This document shows positions 10,091 to 19,124 of a stretch of 64,000 nucleotides of DNA, in pieces. Both the position numbers and the translations under genes were made by a program. The notes under the pieces are model-generated. The model was given only the letters and a program-made list of their open reading frames with translations. It made no database searches and was not told the origin of the DNA. This DNA is from Gemmatimonadota bacterium (GTDB lineage Bacteria > Gemmatimonadota > Gemmatimonadetes > Gemmatimonadales > GWC2-71-9), in NCBI GenBank assembly GCA_003222155.1, contig QHUU01000063.1, forward strand, positions 4,794 to 68,793, read 5' to 3'. Position 1 is the first letter of the stretch. Every line of letters starts with the position of its first letter.

Positions 10091-13000
10091 GTGGCACAGC
10101 GTACTTCCTGCTTCGCCCTAGCGCTGGTGGCGCTGGGCGCCGCCGGCGCATCCGGCCAGGAGCGCCAGATCACCGGCCGCGTGACCTCGGCCACCAATGG
10201 CGAGGCGATCGCGGGCGTGAACGTGTCCGTGACGGGCGCAGCGTTCGCCGCCGTCACCAACGCCGACGGTCGTTACACGATCTCGGCGCCGTCCGGCGCC
10301 GTGACGCTGGTGTTCCGCCGCATCGCGTTCAAGCGGCGCGAGGTGTCGGTCCCGGCGGGTCAGAACGCCGCGGACGCGGCGCTCGAGGCGGACGTGTTCA
10401 ACCTCGAGGCGGTGGTCGTGACGGGTCAGGCGACGGGCGTGGAGCGCCGCAACGCCGCGATCGCCACGACCAACGTGACGGGCGAAGAAGCGTCGCGCGT
10501 GCCCGCGCCCTCGCTCGACCGCGCCCTCGCGGGGCGCGTGCCCGGGGCGATCATCAACCAGAACTCGGGCGCGCCTGGCGGCGGGACCCAGATCCAGATC
10601 CGTGGCAACAACACCGTCATCGGCAACCCCGACCCGTTGTTCGTCGTGGATGGCGTGCTTTACAGCGATGCGTCTCTGCCGACCGGGCTGTTCACGGTGA
10701 CCGGCAGCTCGGCGAATCGCGGCAACGGCGAGCTGCAGGACGATCCGGTGAACCGCCTGGCGGATCTCAATTCGAGCGATATCGAGTCGGTCGAGGTGCT
10801 GCGCGGTGCGGCGGCCGCGTCGATCTACGGCTCCAAGGCGGCGAATGGCGTGATCATCGTCAAGACGAATCGTGGCAAGGCCGGGAAGGCGCGGGCGACG
10901 GTGACCCAACGACTGGGGTTCTTCGAGCTGCAGCGCGGGCCCGCGACCCGCACTTTCGATACGACGAGCGCGTTCGATCTGTATGCGACGCCCAAAGACA
11001 CTGCCGAGGCAAGGCAGGATTCGGCGCTGATCCGGTCGTACCTCGTGAACGGGCGTCTGCCCACGTACGACCATCTTAAGGAGATCGCGGGGAACAAGCC
11101 GCTCGCGTACGAGACGAGCATCGATGTGAGCGGCGGCTCGGAGAACACGCGCTACTTTCTCTCCGGGAGCACGAAACGGGATGGTGGCATCGTCGACAAC
11201 ACGTTCAACGATCGTCAGAACCTCCGGGCCAATGTGGACCAGTCGCTCAGCGACAAGCTGCAGCTGAGCCTCAGCACGGCGTTCACCCGGAATCAGACGG
11301 ACAAGGGGTTCACCAACAACGACAACGATGGCGCGAGCGCGACGTACGCGATCGCCTACATCCCCGGGTTCATTCCAATCGAGCCGACGAGCGCCGGGTA
11401 TGTGCAACCGGCGATCACCTACAAGTCGTCGAACCCGCTCCAGACGATCGCCCTCGGCAAGAACGACGAAGTCGTGACGCGCTTCACAGGTGGCGGAACG
11501 CTTACGTTCCAGGCCGTTCAAACCGATCGCCACAATCTTCGCTTCGTCGGCTCGGGCGGTGTGGATCTGCTGAGTCAGACTACGGAAGTGGTCGCGCCGC
11601 CGGCGCTCTTCTTCCAGGCGACGTCGTCCACGCCGGGCACGTCCGCCCTCGGGAACGCGAACAGTCGGTTGTGGAACTGGAACGTGAACGCGATTCACGC
11701 CTACGCGCCGGCCAGCGGGTCGTTCAAGGCCACGACCTCCGCGGGTGTCCAAGTCGAAGATCGCGAGCTCGAGCGTTGGCGCGTCGTGGCTCAGGGGCTC
11801 CTCCCCGGCCAGTCCAACATCGACCAGGCATCGGCCCTCGGGCAACAATTCGAGCTGAAGACCAAGGACCGCACCCTGGCGTTCTACGGCCAGGAGGAGT
11901 TCCTGACCCTCCGGGAGCGGCTGCTCCTGTCGGCGGGGCTGCGCGCGGAGCGCTCGAGCGCCAATGGCGATATCAACAAGTACTTCCTCTATCCCAAAGC
12001 GTCCGCCTCGTATCGCTTCCCGCAGCTGCTCGGCGAGGGGACCGAGGTAAAGCTGCGCGGCGCCTACGGCGAGACGGGGAACCAAGCGCTGTTCGGGCAG
12101 AAGTTCACGACCCTGGCCAACACGGTCATCGGGGGGCAGATCGGGACCATCGTGTCGGGCATCGCGGGCGCGCCGAACATCAAGCCCGAACGGATCAAAG
12201 AGTTCGAGGTCGGGGTGGACGGCCAGTTGTGGAACGGGCGGGCCACGGTCGAGGTCACCGCTTACACGCGGCACACTTACGACCTCCTGCTGCAGAGCAC
12301 GCCGGCGCCTTCCACGGGGTTCACCACCGTCATCCTCAACGGCGGCGTCTTGTGGAACGAGGGCCTCGAAATCGCGGCCGGCGTCACGCCGATTCAACGG
12401 AAGGATCTGAACTGGGTGTTCCGGACGACGTTCACCTCGCTGAAGAATCGGGTCCAGGAGCTTCCGGTGCCCGAGGTGTGCAAACCGAATGCGACAATCT
12501 GCGGGTTCCGGCCGGCGAACGCGGGGTTTGGGCTCGCCTATGGTGAGTTCTTCGTCCAAAAGGACAAGCCGATCACGCAGATCATCGGGACCGACACGGT
12601 GCCGGGCACGTGCACGCCCACGCCCGACGATTGCGCGTATGTCAACCGCTACTTCGGGCAGGCGAATCCGCGGTTCCGAATGGGGTTTACGAACGACGTG
12701 ACGTTCCGAAGCCTGTCGTTCTCCATGCTGTGGGACTGGCAGGCGGGTGGTGTGGCGCAGAACCAGACGCTGTCGCTGTACGATTGCAACGGCCTCGCCC
12801 CCGACCAGGCGACCGTCGCGGGGCAGGCGCGGTATAACGCCTGCAACACCTACGGTACCGCGGGTGCGTTCATCCAATCCACCACGTTCCTGAAGCTCCG
12901 GGAAGCGAGTATCGGCCTCGAGCTGCCCGAGCGGATCGCCAACTGGTTCGGCGCGCGCACCGCGCGCGTGAGCGTCACCGGGCGAAACTTGCTGCTGTTC

Positions 13001-13126
13001 ACGAATTACTTCGGGTACGATCCCGAAGTGAGCAACTACGGCCAGCAGGCCATCGTGCGGAACATCGATCTCGGTCCCTATCCGCCCGAGCGCAGCGTCT
13101 TCTTCTCGATCACGGCGGGGTTCTGA
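10091..13126 (+). CDS. SusC/RagA-type TonB-dependent outer-membrane transporter (second copy)
   Basis: GTG at 10091 preceded by AGGAGG (10081-10086), then a signal peptide. Same architecture as 3837-6929 (ITGRVTSATNGEAIAGVNVSV; VEVLRGAAAASIYGSKAANGVIIVKTNRG; ends FFSITAGF). Confidence 0.9.
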   Translation: MAQRTSCFALALVALGAAGASGQERQITGRVTSATNGEAIAGVNVSVTGAAFAAVTNADGRYTISAPSGAVTLVFRRIAFKRREVSVPAGQNAADAALEADVFNLEAVVVTGQATGVERRNAAIATTNVTGEEASRVPAPSLDRALAGRVPGAIINQNSGAPGGGTQIQIRGNNTVIGNPDPLFVVDGVLYSDASLPTGLFTVTGSSANRGNGELQDDPVNRLADLNSSDIESVEVLRGAAAASIYGSKAANGVIIVKTNRGKAGKARATVTQRLGFFELQRGPATRTFDTTSAFDLYATPKDTAEARQDSALIRSYLVNGRLPTYDHLKEIAGNKPLAYETSIDVSGGSENTRYFLSGSTKRDGGIVDNTFNDRQNLRANVDQSLSDKLQLSLSTAFTRNQTDKGFTNNDNDGASATYAIAYIPGFIPIEPTSAGYVQPAITYKSSNPLQTIALGKNDEVVTRFTGGGTLTFQAVQTDRHNLRFVGSGGVDLLSQTTEVVAPPALFFQATSSTPGTSALGNANSRLWNWNVNAIHAYAPASGSFKATTSAGVQVEDRELERWRVVAQGLLPGQSNIDQASALGQQFELKTKDRTLAFYGQEEFLTLRERLLLSAGLRAERSSANGDINKYFLYPKASASYRFPQLLGEGTEVKLRGAYGETGNQALFGQKFTTLANTVIGGQIGTIVSGIAGAPNIKPERIKEFEVGVDGQLWNGRATVEVTAYTRHTYDLLLQSTPAPSTGFTTVILNGGVLWNEGLEIAAGVTPIQRKDLNWVFRTTFTSLKNRVQELPVPEVCKPNATICGFRPANAGFGLAYGEFFVQKDKPITQIIGTDTVPGTCTPTPDDCAYVNRYFGQANPRFRMGFTNDVTFRSLSFSMLWDWQAGGVAQNQTLSLYDCNGLAPDQATVAGQARYNACNTYGTAGAFIQSTTFLKLREASIGLELPERIANWFGARTARVSVTGRNLLLFTNYFGYDPEVSNYGQQAIVRNIDLGPYPPERSVFFSITAGF

Positions 13127-13128
13127 CC

Positions 13129-14589
13129 ATGACCACCATACTGCATCTGCGCAGGCTGGCCACGGTCGGCGCCGTGCTGGGTGCGCTGCTTGCGGGCGCC
13201 GCGTGTTCGGACTTCTTCAACGTCACGAACGCGAACCAGCCGCTGCTCGACTCCCTGCTCGCCAATCCCACGCGGGATCGGCTGTCGGCGGCCGCCATTG
13301 GCGTCTTCGGCAGCGCGCGCACGGGGATCCAGAACTATATCTGGCGTCTCGGCTCCATGGGCCGCGAAGGCATCAACCTCTCGGGGAACAACCAGCCGGA
13401 CTATCAGGAGCCGTTTTACGGACCGCTTCAAGGCGGGGGATTCGGCGGTGCGTTGTGGGCCGACCGGTACCAGAATATCCGCAACATCAACATCTACTTG
13501 ACTGCACTCGCCACCAACACGGATCTGTCCGCGGGGGAGAAGGCCGCTTCCCGGGGCATGGCGAACACGATGAAGGCTCTCGCCTTCCTGTACGTCGTGC
13601 TCACGCGCGACTCCCTGGGCGCTCCTGTCGACGCCGACCGAGCCGTGAATGCGACCACCGCACCATTTGTCACCAAGGACAGCGTGTACGGTTACGTCAT
13701 CGGCCTGCTGGACGGCGCGCGCGCCGATCTACGCGCCGCTGATGCGGACACCGTGGCGTTTCCGTTCCCGACACCGCCTGGATTCGCGGGTTTCGAGACG
13801 CCGGGTGCGTTCAAGCGATTCAATCGCGCGCTCGCAGCCAAAGCGGCAATTCTGCGGGCAACGGCAGGGACATGCGGGACCCCTTGCTACACACGGGCCG
13901 TCGCCGACCTGGACAGCTCGTTCCTCGACCGCACTGCGACGACCGCCGCGGGATTCGCAGCCGGCGCGTACTTCGACTTCTCGAACGGGGCGGGAGACAT
14001 TTCCAACGGGCTCTCGGAGCCGTTGAACGGCGACACGTACTTCGCGCTCGACTCGAATGTCGCCAACGCGGACACCCAACCCGTGCCCGGTAAGGTCCGG
14101 GACCAGCGCGTCCTGGACAAGATCGATCCAGCGGTCGTCGTGCAGCGACTGGGGGGAATTCCGATCGCCGGCACCCTGAAGTTCAAAGTGTATTTCACTG
14201 CGGGCAAGGCCGATCCTGGACACCAGATTCCGATCATCAGGAACGAGGAGCTGGTGTTGCTCGATGCCGAGGCGCAGTGGTTCGCAGGAAGCAAGGCCGT
14301 AGCGGTCAATGATCTGAACCAGGTCCGGACCAATGCAGGAAAGCTCGCGCCCACTACGGTCACGATCGCGAGCCCGGACACGGCCTTCGTCACCCAGCTA
14401 CTCTACAACCGCCGATATTCGCTCCTGTGGGAGCAAGGCACCCGGTGGATCGACGCGCGACGCTTCGGCCGGTTGAGTGCCATCCCGCCACAGGTCAGTG
14501 GCGGCAGCGTCCCCGTGGCCATGCCCGTTCCCGACGCCGAGTGCAACGCGCGCGGTTTCGCGAGCAACTGCACGCCACTCAATCCCTGA
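13129..14589 (+). CDS. SusD/RagB-family outer-membrane lipoprotein (second copy)
   Basis: Lipobox LLAGAAC, starting 2 nt after the SusC stop. C-terminal WEQGTRWIDARRFGRL matches the SusD-like motif. Confidence 0.85.
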   Translation: MTTILHLRRLATVGAVLGALLAGAACSDFFNVTNANQPLLDSLLANPTRDRLSAAAIGVFGSARTGIQNYIWRLGSMGREGINLSGNNQPDYQEPFYGPLQGGGFGGALWADRYQNIRNINIYLTALATNTDLSAGEKAASRGMANTMKALAFLYVVLTRDSLGAPVDADRAVNATTAPFVTKDSVYGYVIGLLDGARADLRAADADTVAFPFPTPPGFAGFETPGAFKRFNRALAAKAAILRATAGTCGTPCYTRAVADLDSSFLDRTATTAAGFAAGAYFDFSNGAGDISNGLSEPLNGDTYFALDSNVANADTQPVPGKVRDQRVLDKIDPAVVVQRLGGIPIAGTLKFKVYFTAGKADPGHQIPIIRNEELVLLDAEAQWFAGSKAVAVNDLNQVRTNAGKLAPTTVTIASPDTAFVTQLLYNRRYSLLWEQGTRWIDARRFGRLSAIPPQVSGGSVPVAMPVPDAECNARGFASNCTPLNP

Positions 14590-14609
14590 GCAGGCAAGGT
14601 TGGAATGCA

Positions 14610-14641
14610 ACGGAGGGGCGCAGCACGCTGCGCCCCTCCGT
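14610..14641. repeat. Palindromic REP-like element, family B copy 1
   Basis: ACGGAGGGGCGCAGCACGCTGCGCCCCTCCGT, a near-perfect palindrome between convergent genes. The core GGGGCGCAGCACGCTGCGCCCC recurs at 16238 and 22094. Confidence 0.7.
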
Positions 14642-14654
14642 GCTCTTGGTGCCT

Positions 14655-15077
14655 CTACATCTCCTTATACACGTACGCCCCCACCGTGGTCGCGACCGCA
14701 TACTCGATCAGCGTCACGATAGTGGGGATCGTGTAGAGCTTCTGCGGGAACAGCCCCATCGGCGCCTCGCCGACGGCATGCAGCAGGCTCACGAGGAACC
14801 ACGTCGCGACGCCCGCGATCACGGCCGTCTTGGCTCCCGCGCCGAAGCGCGGGCGGATGGCCGCGTACACCCACACCAACCCGATGCCGTACACGAAGTC
14901 GAGCGCCACGAACAACGGGATGAGATTGTCCATTGCCCCCGGCTTGCCGAGCGCCTGCAGGGCCGCGGCGAAGTCGCCAGCCAGCCACTTCCCGTACATG
15001 GCGAAGTCGACGACGTTCAACACCACCCCCGCGAGCAGCCCGCCCGGCACGACCCGACCCCAGTTGATCTTGCCCAT
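14655..15077 (-). CDS. Hypothetical integral membrane protein (about 4 TM)
   Basis: Starts MGKINWGRVVPGG with four hydrophobic segments and GC3-rich codons. No family recognised. Confidence 0.6.
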   Translation of the reverse strand: MGKINWGRVVPGGLLAGVVLNVVDFAMYGKWLAGDFAAALQALGKPGAMDNLIPLFVALDFVYGIGLVWVYAAIRPRFGAGAKTAVIAGVATWFLVSLLHAVGEAPMGLFPQKLYTIPTIVTLIEYAVATTVGAYVYKEM

Positions 15078-15105
15078 AGCGCACCTCGGAGAGGGACCCC
15101 CTACG

Positions 15106-16185
15106 CTACGGCACGATGAGCACCGCCACCATACCACCCAATCCGTCGGGAACGGTCGCCACGCCGTTGGGCACTACCCAATCCGACCCGTCGACCAGCA
15201 GGTTGAAGTGATAGAGGCCGCGCCGCAGGCGGAGCACCCCTTCCCACACCTCGTCGCCCAGCGGACGCAACGGCACCTGCTCCCACGAGTTCCAATCCCC
15301 CGCCATCGCCACGGAGCGGGCCCCCGCCATCCGGAACCGCACCACGGCGCTGTCGCCCCGCACACCCGGCACCAGTGGTGCGAACCGCACGTGCGGTGCG
15401 CGCGCCGAGCGGTGGAGCCGCACACCGACGCTGACGAACCCCACCTGGGGGAAGCCCTGATACGGGTCCGGGAGGTAACTCCCGCCGCTCAGCTCGAGCG
15501 AGACCCTGGGCGTGGCGAAGAATTGCGCGGACGCGCCCCCAGCGCCTTCCGCGGGGAAGGCCGGCGACATCCGCCCCGCGACCCAGACGGACACGATCGC
15601 TCGCCCCCGCTCGACCGTGCCCGTGAGGCTCGCGTCCGTGAACCAACCGTCCGGAAACCGGGTGGGCTCGACGCTCAATTGGAGCTCCGGCGCCCCGGGG
15701 CCGCCCTCGGGACGCCACCACATGCGCGCGCGGGTGTGCAACGCCGTGACGGGGAGGTCGCCCGCGATCACGCCCGTGGATGGGCCGGCGCCGATGCCCA
15801 GCCCCCACGTGGGGAACGACCGGGAGAGCTCCGCGACGGCATGCGCCGCCGCGGTCGAGCCGCTGTCGCTGCGCGTCGTGCCGCCGACCGCGAGCTCGGC
15901 GCCGAAGCGCAGCGTGTGGATTGGTGGCGTGATCACGGAAAGTCCGGTGAGCCCCTGACCGGCCCACACCCCACGCGGAAGCGAGGCGACCGCGCCCGCG
16001 ACATCCGCCGCCAGCGTCGCCGACGCGTAGCGCACGGTGGGAGAGAGCACGGCCGTGCCGAAGCCCGCGCCGGCGGTATAGCGCACTGTGCCGACGCCCA
16101 GGCCGACGGACATCTCGGTCTGCGCCGCCGCCAGCGCGGGAAGTGTGATCACCGCCACCAGCAGCGCACCAATCCCCTGCTTCAC
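15106..16185 (-). CDS. Secreted beta-rich protein with C-terminal CBM48/AMPK-beta-like (glycogen-binding-type) domain
   Basis: Signal peptide MKQGIGALLVAVITLPALAAAQ. C-terminal VVRFRMAGARSVAMAGDWNSWEQVPL...GLYHFNLLVDGSDWVVP follows the E-set/CBM48 pattern. Confidence 0.7.
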   Translation of the reverse strand: MKQGIGALLVAVITLPALAAAQTEMSVGLGVGTVRYTAGAGFGTAVLSPTVRYASATLAADVAGAVASLPRGVWAGQGLTGLSVITPPIHTLRFGAELAVGGTTRSDSGSTAAAHAVAELSRSFPTWGLGIGAGPSTGVIAGDLPVTALHTRARMWWRPEGGPGAPELQLSVEPTRFPDGWFTDASLTGTVERGRAIVSVWVAGRMSPAFPAEGAGGASAQFFATPRVSLELSGGSYLPDPYQGFPQVGFVSVGVRLHRSARAPHVRFAPLVPGVRGDSAVVRFRMAGARSVAMAGDWNSWEQVPLRPLGDEVWEGVLRLRRGLYHFNLLVDGSDWVVPNGVATVPDGLGGMVAVLIVP

Positions 16186-16237
16186 GGCACCAAAGCTATG
16201 CGGCCCGCGGAGCCAGGGATACAGTCGCCAAGAAACG

Positions 16238-16267
16238 CGTAGGGGCGCAGCACGCTGCGCCCCTACG
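16238..16267. repeat. Palindromic REP-like element, family B copy 2
   Basis: CGTAGGGGCGCAGCACGCTGCGCCCCTACG lies between tandem minus-strand genes, a terminator-like position. Confidence 0.7.
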
Positions 16268-16290
16268 TTCCGGTCTGAATGCTGTTGTCG

Positions 16291-16632
16291 TTACGGCCGA
16301 TGCGGGTTGGTCGCCTGGCCCTGTTTGTGTGCCGGGGTCGCGGGCGTGGCCCGGTGAGCCGGCAGGGTGGGCACGTCGCCATGCCCCGGCACGGCGGGCG
16401 TCGCCCGCGTCGCCGGGGTGGCGGCGTTGGGGTTACGCGTCACGTCGACCTGTATCACGTCCCCGCGCCGGTGCTTCGCGCGGTGGACGGCACCCTGGGA
16501 GTGCAGCGCGACCATGGCCTTGCCCTGGTCGGATGCATGCTCGTTGGGGATCTGCGGCGTCTGGGCCGCCACCAGCGTGGGTACGGCGCATACCGCCGCG
16601 AGCCCGAAAAGCGTGCGAACCATGCGAACCAT
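16291..16632 (-). CDS. Small secreted hypothetical protein (Pro/Thr/Ala-rich C-terminus)
   Basis: Signal peptide MVRTLFGLAAVCAVPTLVAAQ. No recognisable family. Confidence 0.45.
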   Translation of the reverse strand: MVRMVRTLFGLAAVCAVPTLVAAQTPQIPNEHASDQGKAMVALHSQGAVHRAKHRRGDVIQVDVTRNPNAATPATRATPAVPGHGDVPTLPAHRATPATPAHKQGQATNPHRP

Positions 16633-16642
16633 TCAGCCCTCC

Positions 16643-17008
16643 TTACGACGTCATGAAGTCGGCCGCCCGCTCGAGCGGGGACCACCCGCCGGCCCACTCC
16701 CGCGACAGCAACACCGCACGGGCGCGGCTGCGGGTGATCTCACCGAGCCAGGTTGCAACCGACGTGTTGGCGGTCTCGACGAAGCGGGCGGCGCTGAGCC
16801 AGACGTATGCGAACGTCTCGGCGACTACCGCGTCCGCTTCTCCGGGGTCGATCACGATGCCATAGGCGAGCGCGTACACGCTGGTGCCGTGACGTTGCTC
16901 GAGCTCGCGGAGTGCTGCGGCGTCGCCGCCCGCCACCCACTCGAGCAGGGTGCGATCTGGCAGCGCGCGATTGTGCTGGGGCATCCCTCGACCCTCCGTT
17001 CTCGCCAT
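16643..17008 (-). CDS. Sigma-70 region-2-only protein (truncated ECF-like sigma, no region 4)
   Basis: DRTLLEWVAGGDAAALRELEQRHGTSVYALAYGIV...AEDVVAETFAYVW-type region 2 pattern (actual residues: GEADAVVAETFAYVWLSAARF). The protein ends after about 120 aa with no helix-turn-helix region 4. Confidence 0.55.
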   Translation of the reverse strand: MARTEGRGMPQHNRALPDRTLLEWVAGGDAAALRELEQRHGTSVYALAYGIVIDPGEADAVVAETFAYVWLSAARFVETANTSVATWLGEITRSRARAVLLSREWAGGWSPLERAADFMTS

Positions 17009-17174
17009 AAAAGAGTGCCGGTCCCCGGCGGAGGTAACGCGTTGTGCCGCAAATCACAGCAGAGTCGGGCGTTACCAACCCTGTGCCCGGCGACTCTTTA
17101 GGGGCGGACGGGTTGCCCGCGTGGGCCGCGGCCCCTAGCATCACCTGCACAACTTCGGGCAGCGAGGGCGACAG

Positions 17175-17726
17175 TTGGGTCTCGCGGGCGACGCCACGGA
17201 CAGCGAAGTCGTGCGTGCGGTGCTGGGAGGCGAGGTGGAGCGGTATGCGGTGTTGGTGCGCCGCTACCGCGACCGCTACGCGCGCTACGCGGCGCGCATG
17301 CTGGGCTCCCTCGACGCGGGTGAAGACGCGGTGCAGGACGCCCTGGTGCGGGCGTTCGATCGCCTGGCGGATTGCCGCGAGCCGGACAAGTTTGCCGGGT
17401 GGCTGTTCCTGATCCTGCGCAATCGCTGTTATGCGGAGCGACGGCGCCGGCAGCGGGAAGGCCGCCCGCTCGACGAGAGAGACGACGGTGTGGCGGCACC
17501 CGACCGACCCGATGGGACGCTCGAGCAGGTGGAGCGGATGCGGGCACTCGAGCGGTCGCTGACGCACCTCACGCCGGAGCAGCGCGAAGTGTTCGTGCTG
17601 AAGCATGTCGAAGGCCTGGCGTACGACGAAATCGCGGGGCGGACCGGAGCGACAGTGGCATCGCTCAAGATGCGCATGCATCGCGCGTATGACAGGTTGC
17701 GGGACCTGATGAAGGAGCACTTATGA
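17175..17726 (+). CDS. ECF-family RNA polymerase sigma factor
   Basis: Region 2 (YAARMLGSLDAGEDAVQDALVRAF) and region 4 (LTPEQREVFVLKHVEGLAYDEIAGRTGATVASLKMRMHRA). TTG start. Confidence 0.9.
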   Translation: MGLAGDATDSEVVRAVLGGEVERYAVLVRRYRDRYARYAARMLGSLDAGEDAVQDALVRAFDRLADCREPDKFAGWLFLILRNRCYAERRRRQREGRPLDERDDGVAAPDRPDGTLEQVERMRALERSLTHLTPEQREVFVLKHVEGLAYDEIAGRTGATVASLKMRMHRAYDRLRDLMKEHL

Positions 17727-18382
17727 CCCTCGGCTATCACCCTCTCGTGAAGCGACTGCTGGACGGCGAGCTGTCGCTTGCCGAGCTCCCGTCCGAGCTG
17801 CGTGCCGAGGGAGCGGAGGCGCTGCGCCTGGTTGGCGCGGTGGATCGCACGCCGCTCGTCCTGTCGCCGGCGCTCGACGACCGCGTGATGGCCGTGGTGC
17901 GCCGTCACGCCGCCTCCCGCGGGCGGCGCGCGTGGCACTGGCTCACCGCGGCACGCGACGTGGAGCTGCGGCTGCGGGTGCGTCCCGTCGTGTGGGCCGG
18001 CGCTCTCGCCGTCGCGGCGGGCGTCGCTCTCCTGCTGCTGGCGCGGGCCCCGGGCAGCACGCCCACTGTCGCACCGGTGGCGCTCGGCGGGGCACGCGAC
18101 TCAGTGCTCGTGCGATTCGTGCTGTACGCTCCCGGCGCCCGGCACGTGGCGGTGGCGGGCACGTTCAATCAGTGGGATAGGAATGCCGCGCCCCTGGTGC
18201 GCGCGGGCACGGCCGGCGTGTGGACGACCACCCTGGCCCTCCCCGTCGGCCAGCACCAATACGCGTTCCTCGTGGACGGCGAGCGCTGGGTGTCGGACCC
18301 GGCGGCGCCCGCGATCAACGACGGGTTCGGCCGCCGCAACAGCATGGTGGCCGTGACCGCGCGGGGAGCGCACACGCTGTGA
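17723..18382 (+). CDS. Single-pass anti-sigma factor with extracytoplasmic CBM48/AMPK-beta-like domain
   Basis: 4-nt overlap with the sigma gene and one TM segment (VVWAGALAVAAGVALLLLA). C-terminal VLVRFVLYAPGARHVAVAGTFNQWDRNAAPL...HQYAFLVDGERWVSDP. Confidence 0.7.
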   Translation: MTLGYHPLVKRLLDGELSLAELPSELRAEGAEALRLVGAVDRTPLVLSPALDDRVMAVVRRHAASRGRRAWHWLTAARDVELRLRVRPVVWAGALAVAAGVALLLLARAPGSTPTVAPVALGGARDSVLVRFVLYAPGARHVAVAGTFNQWDRNAAPLVRAGTAGVWTTTLALPVGQHQYAFLVDGERWVSDPAAPAINDGFGRRNSMVAVTARGAHTL

Positions 18383-19056
18383 GATCCTTCTTGGCGCTCG
18401 CGTTCGCGCTCTGCACGGCGCTACGGCTCGTGGCGCAGGATGTCGGCGCGCGCCTCGACGGGCGCGTCCCGCCGGACGTACAGCGCGCCGTGCAGGACAT
18501 CGCCGCGGACGCTGCGGCGCGCGGCCTGCCGACCGAGCCGCTCGTCCAGAAAGCCATCGAGGGCGGCGCGAAACGGGTTCCAGCCGACCGACTGATCGCG
18601 GCCGTGCGCGCTCTCGCCGCACGCCTCGCCGGGGCGACGGAGGCAGTGCGCGCGGGCGGCCTGGAGAGCCCCAAGGCCGATGTCGTGGAGGGCGGGGCCG
18701 ACGGGCTGAGCGCCGGGCTCAGCGCGGGCCAAGTGAGCGATCTGGTACGCGCCACCCGGGCCGCATACGATCCGGCGCTCGTGTTGCGGGTCGCCGCCAC
18801 CCTGGCGGCGCTTGGCGTCCCAGCCAAGCAGACTGTCCAGCTCGTCGAAGGCATGATCAGCGACGGTCGGACCCCGGGAGACCTCTTGGGCCTGCCGGGC
18901 GAGGTGCAGGCGCAGGTTGCCCGCGGGGCTACGCCGGCGCAGGCGGCTGCCGGCCTCTCCCACGGCGGGGGGAACTCCCCGCCCGGACGGCCGCCCGATT
19001 GGGTGCCACCGGGCCAGGCGAAACCCCACAGGCCGCCAAACCCCCACAAGCCCTAA
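18379..19056 (+). CDS. Secreted hypothetical protein, third gene of the ECF locus
   Basis: GTGA overlap with the anti-sigma stop. Signal-like VRSFLALAFALCTALRLVAQ, Ala-rich helical body, Pro-rich tail. Confidence 0.55.
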   Translation: MRSFLALAFALCTALRLVAQDVGARLDGRVPPDVQRAVQDIAADAAARGLPTEPLVQKAIEGGAKRVPADRLIAAVRALAARLAGATEAVRAGGLESPKADVVEGGADGLSAGLSAGQVSDLVRATRAAYDPALVLRVAATLAALGVPAKQTVQLVEGMISDGRTPGDLLGLPGEVQAQVARGATPAQAAAGLSHGGGNSPPGRPPDWVPPGQAKPHRPPNPHKP

Positions 19057-19124
19057 AGTCCGTCGCCGGCCGGCGCGGCGGCGCGTTACGCTCCGGCCCC
19101 GGGTGTAGGTAGATTCCACTCCCT

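Noticed and set aside
8299-11079. 926-aa plus-strand ORF covering the M20 peptidase region and the SusC2 5' end
   Set aside because: It is antisense or out of frame relative to recognisable genes (the Tat-signal M20 peptidase and the SusC plug), and its composition is Arg/Gly/Asp/His-rich noise.
10118-12877. 919-aa minus-strand ORF
   Set aside because: It is antisense to the SusC2 barrel and its translation has no recognisable domain.
19057-19124. Possible cobalamin or SAM riboswitch upstream of metE
   Set aside because: Only 68 nt separate the upstream stop from the metE start, too short for either aptamer, and no B12-box-like or SAM-I conserved segments are visible.
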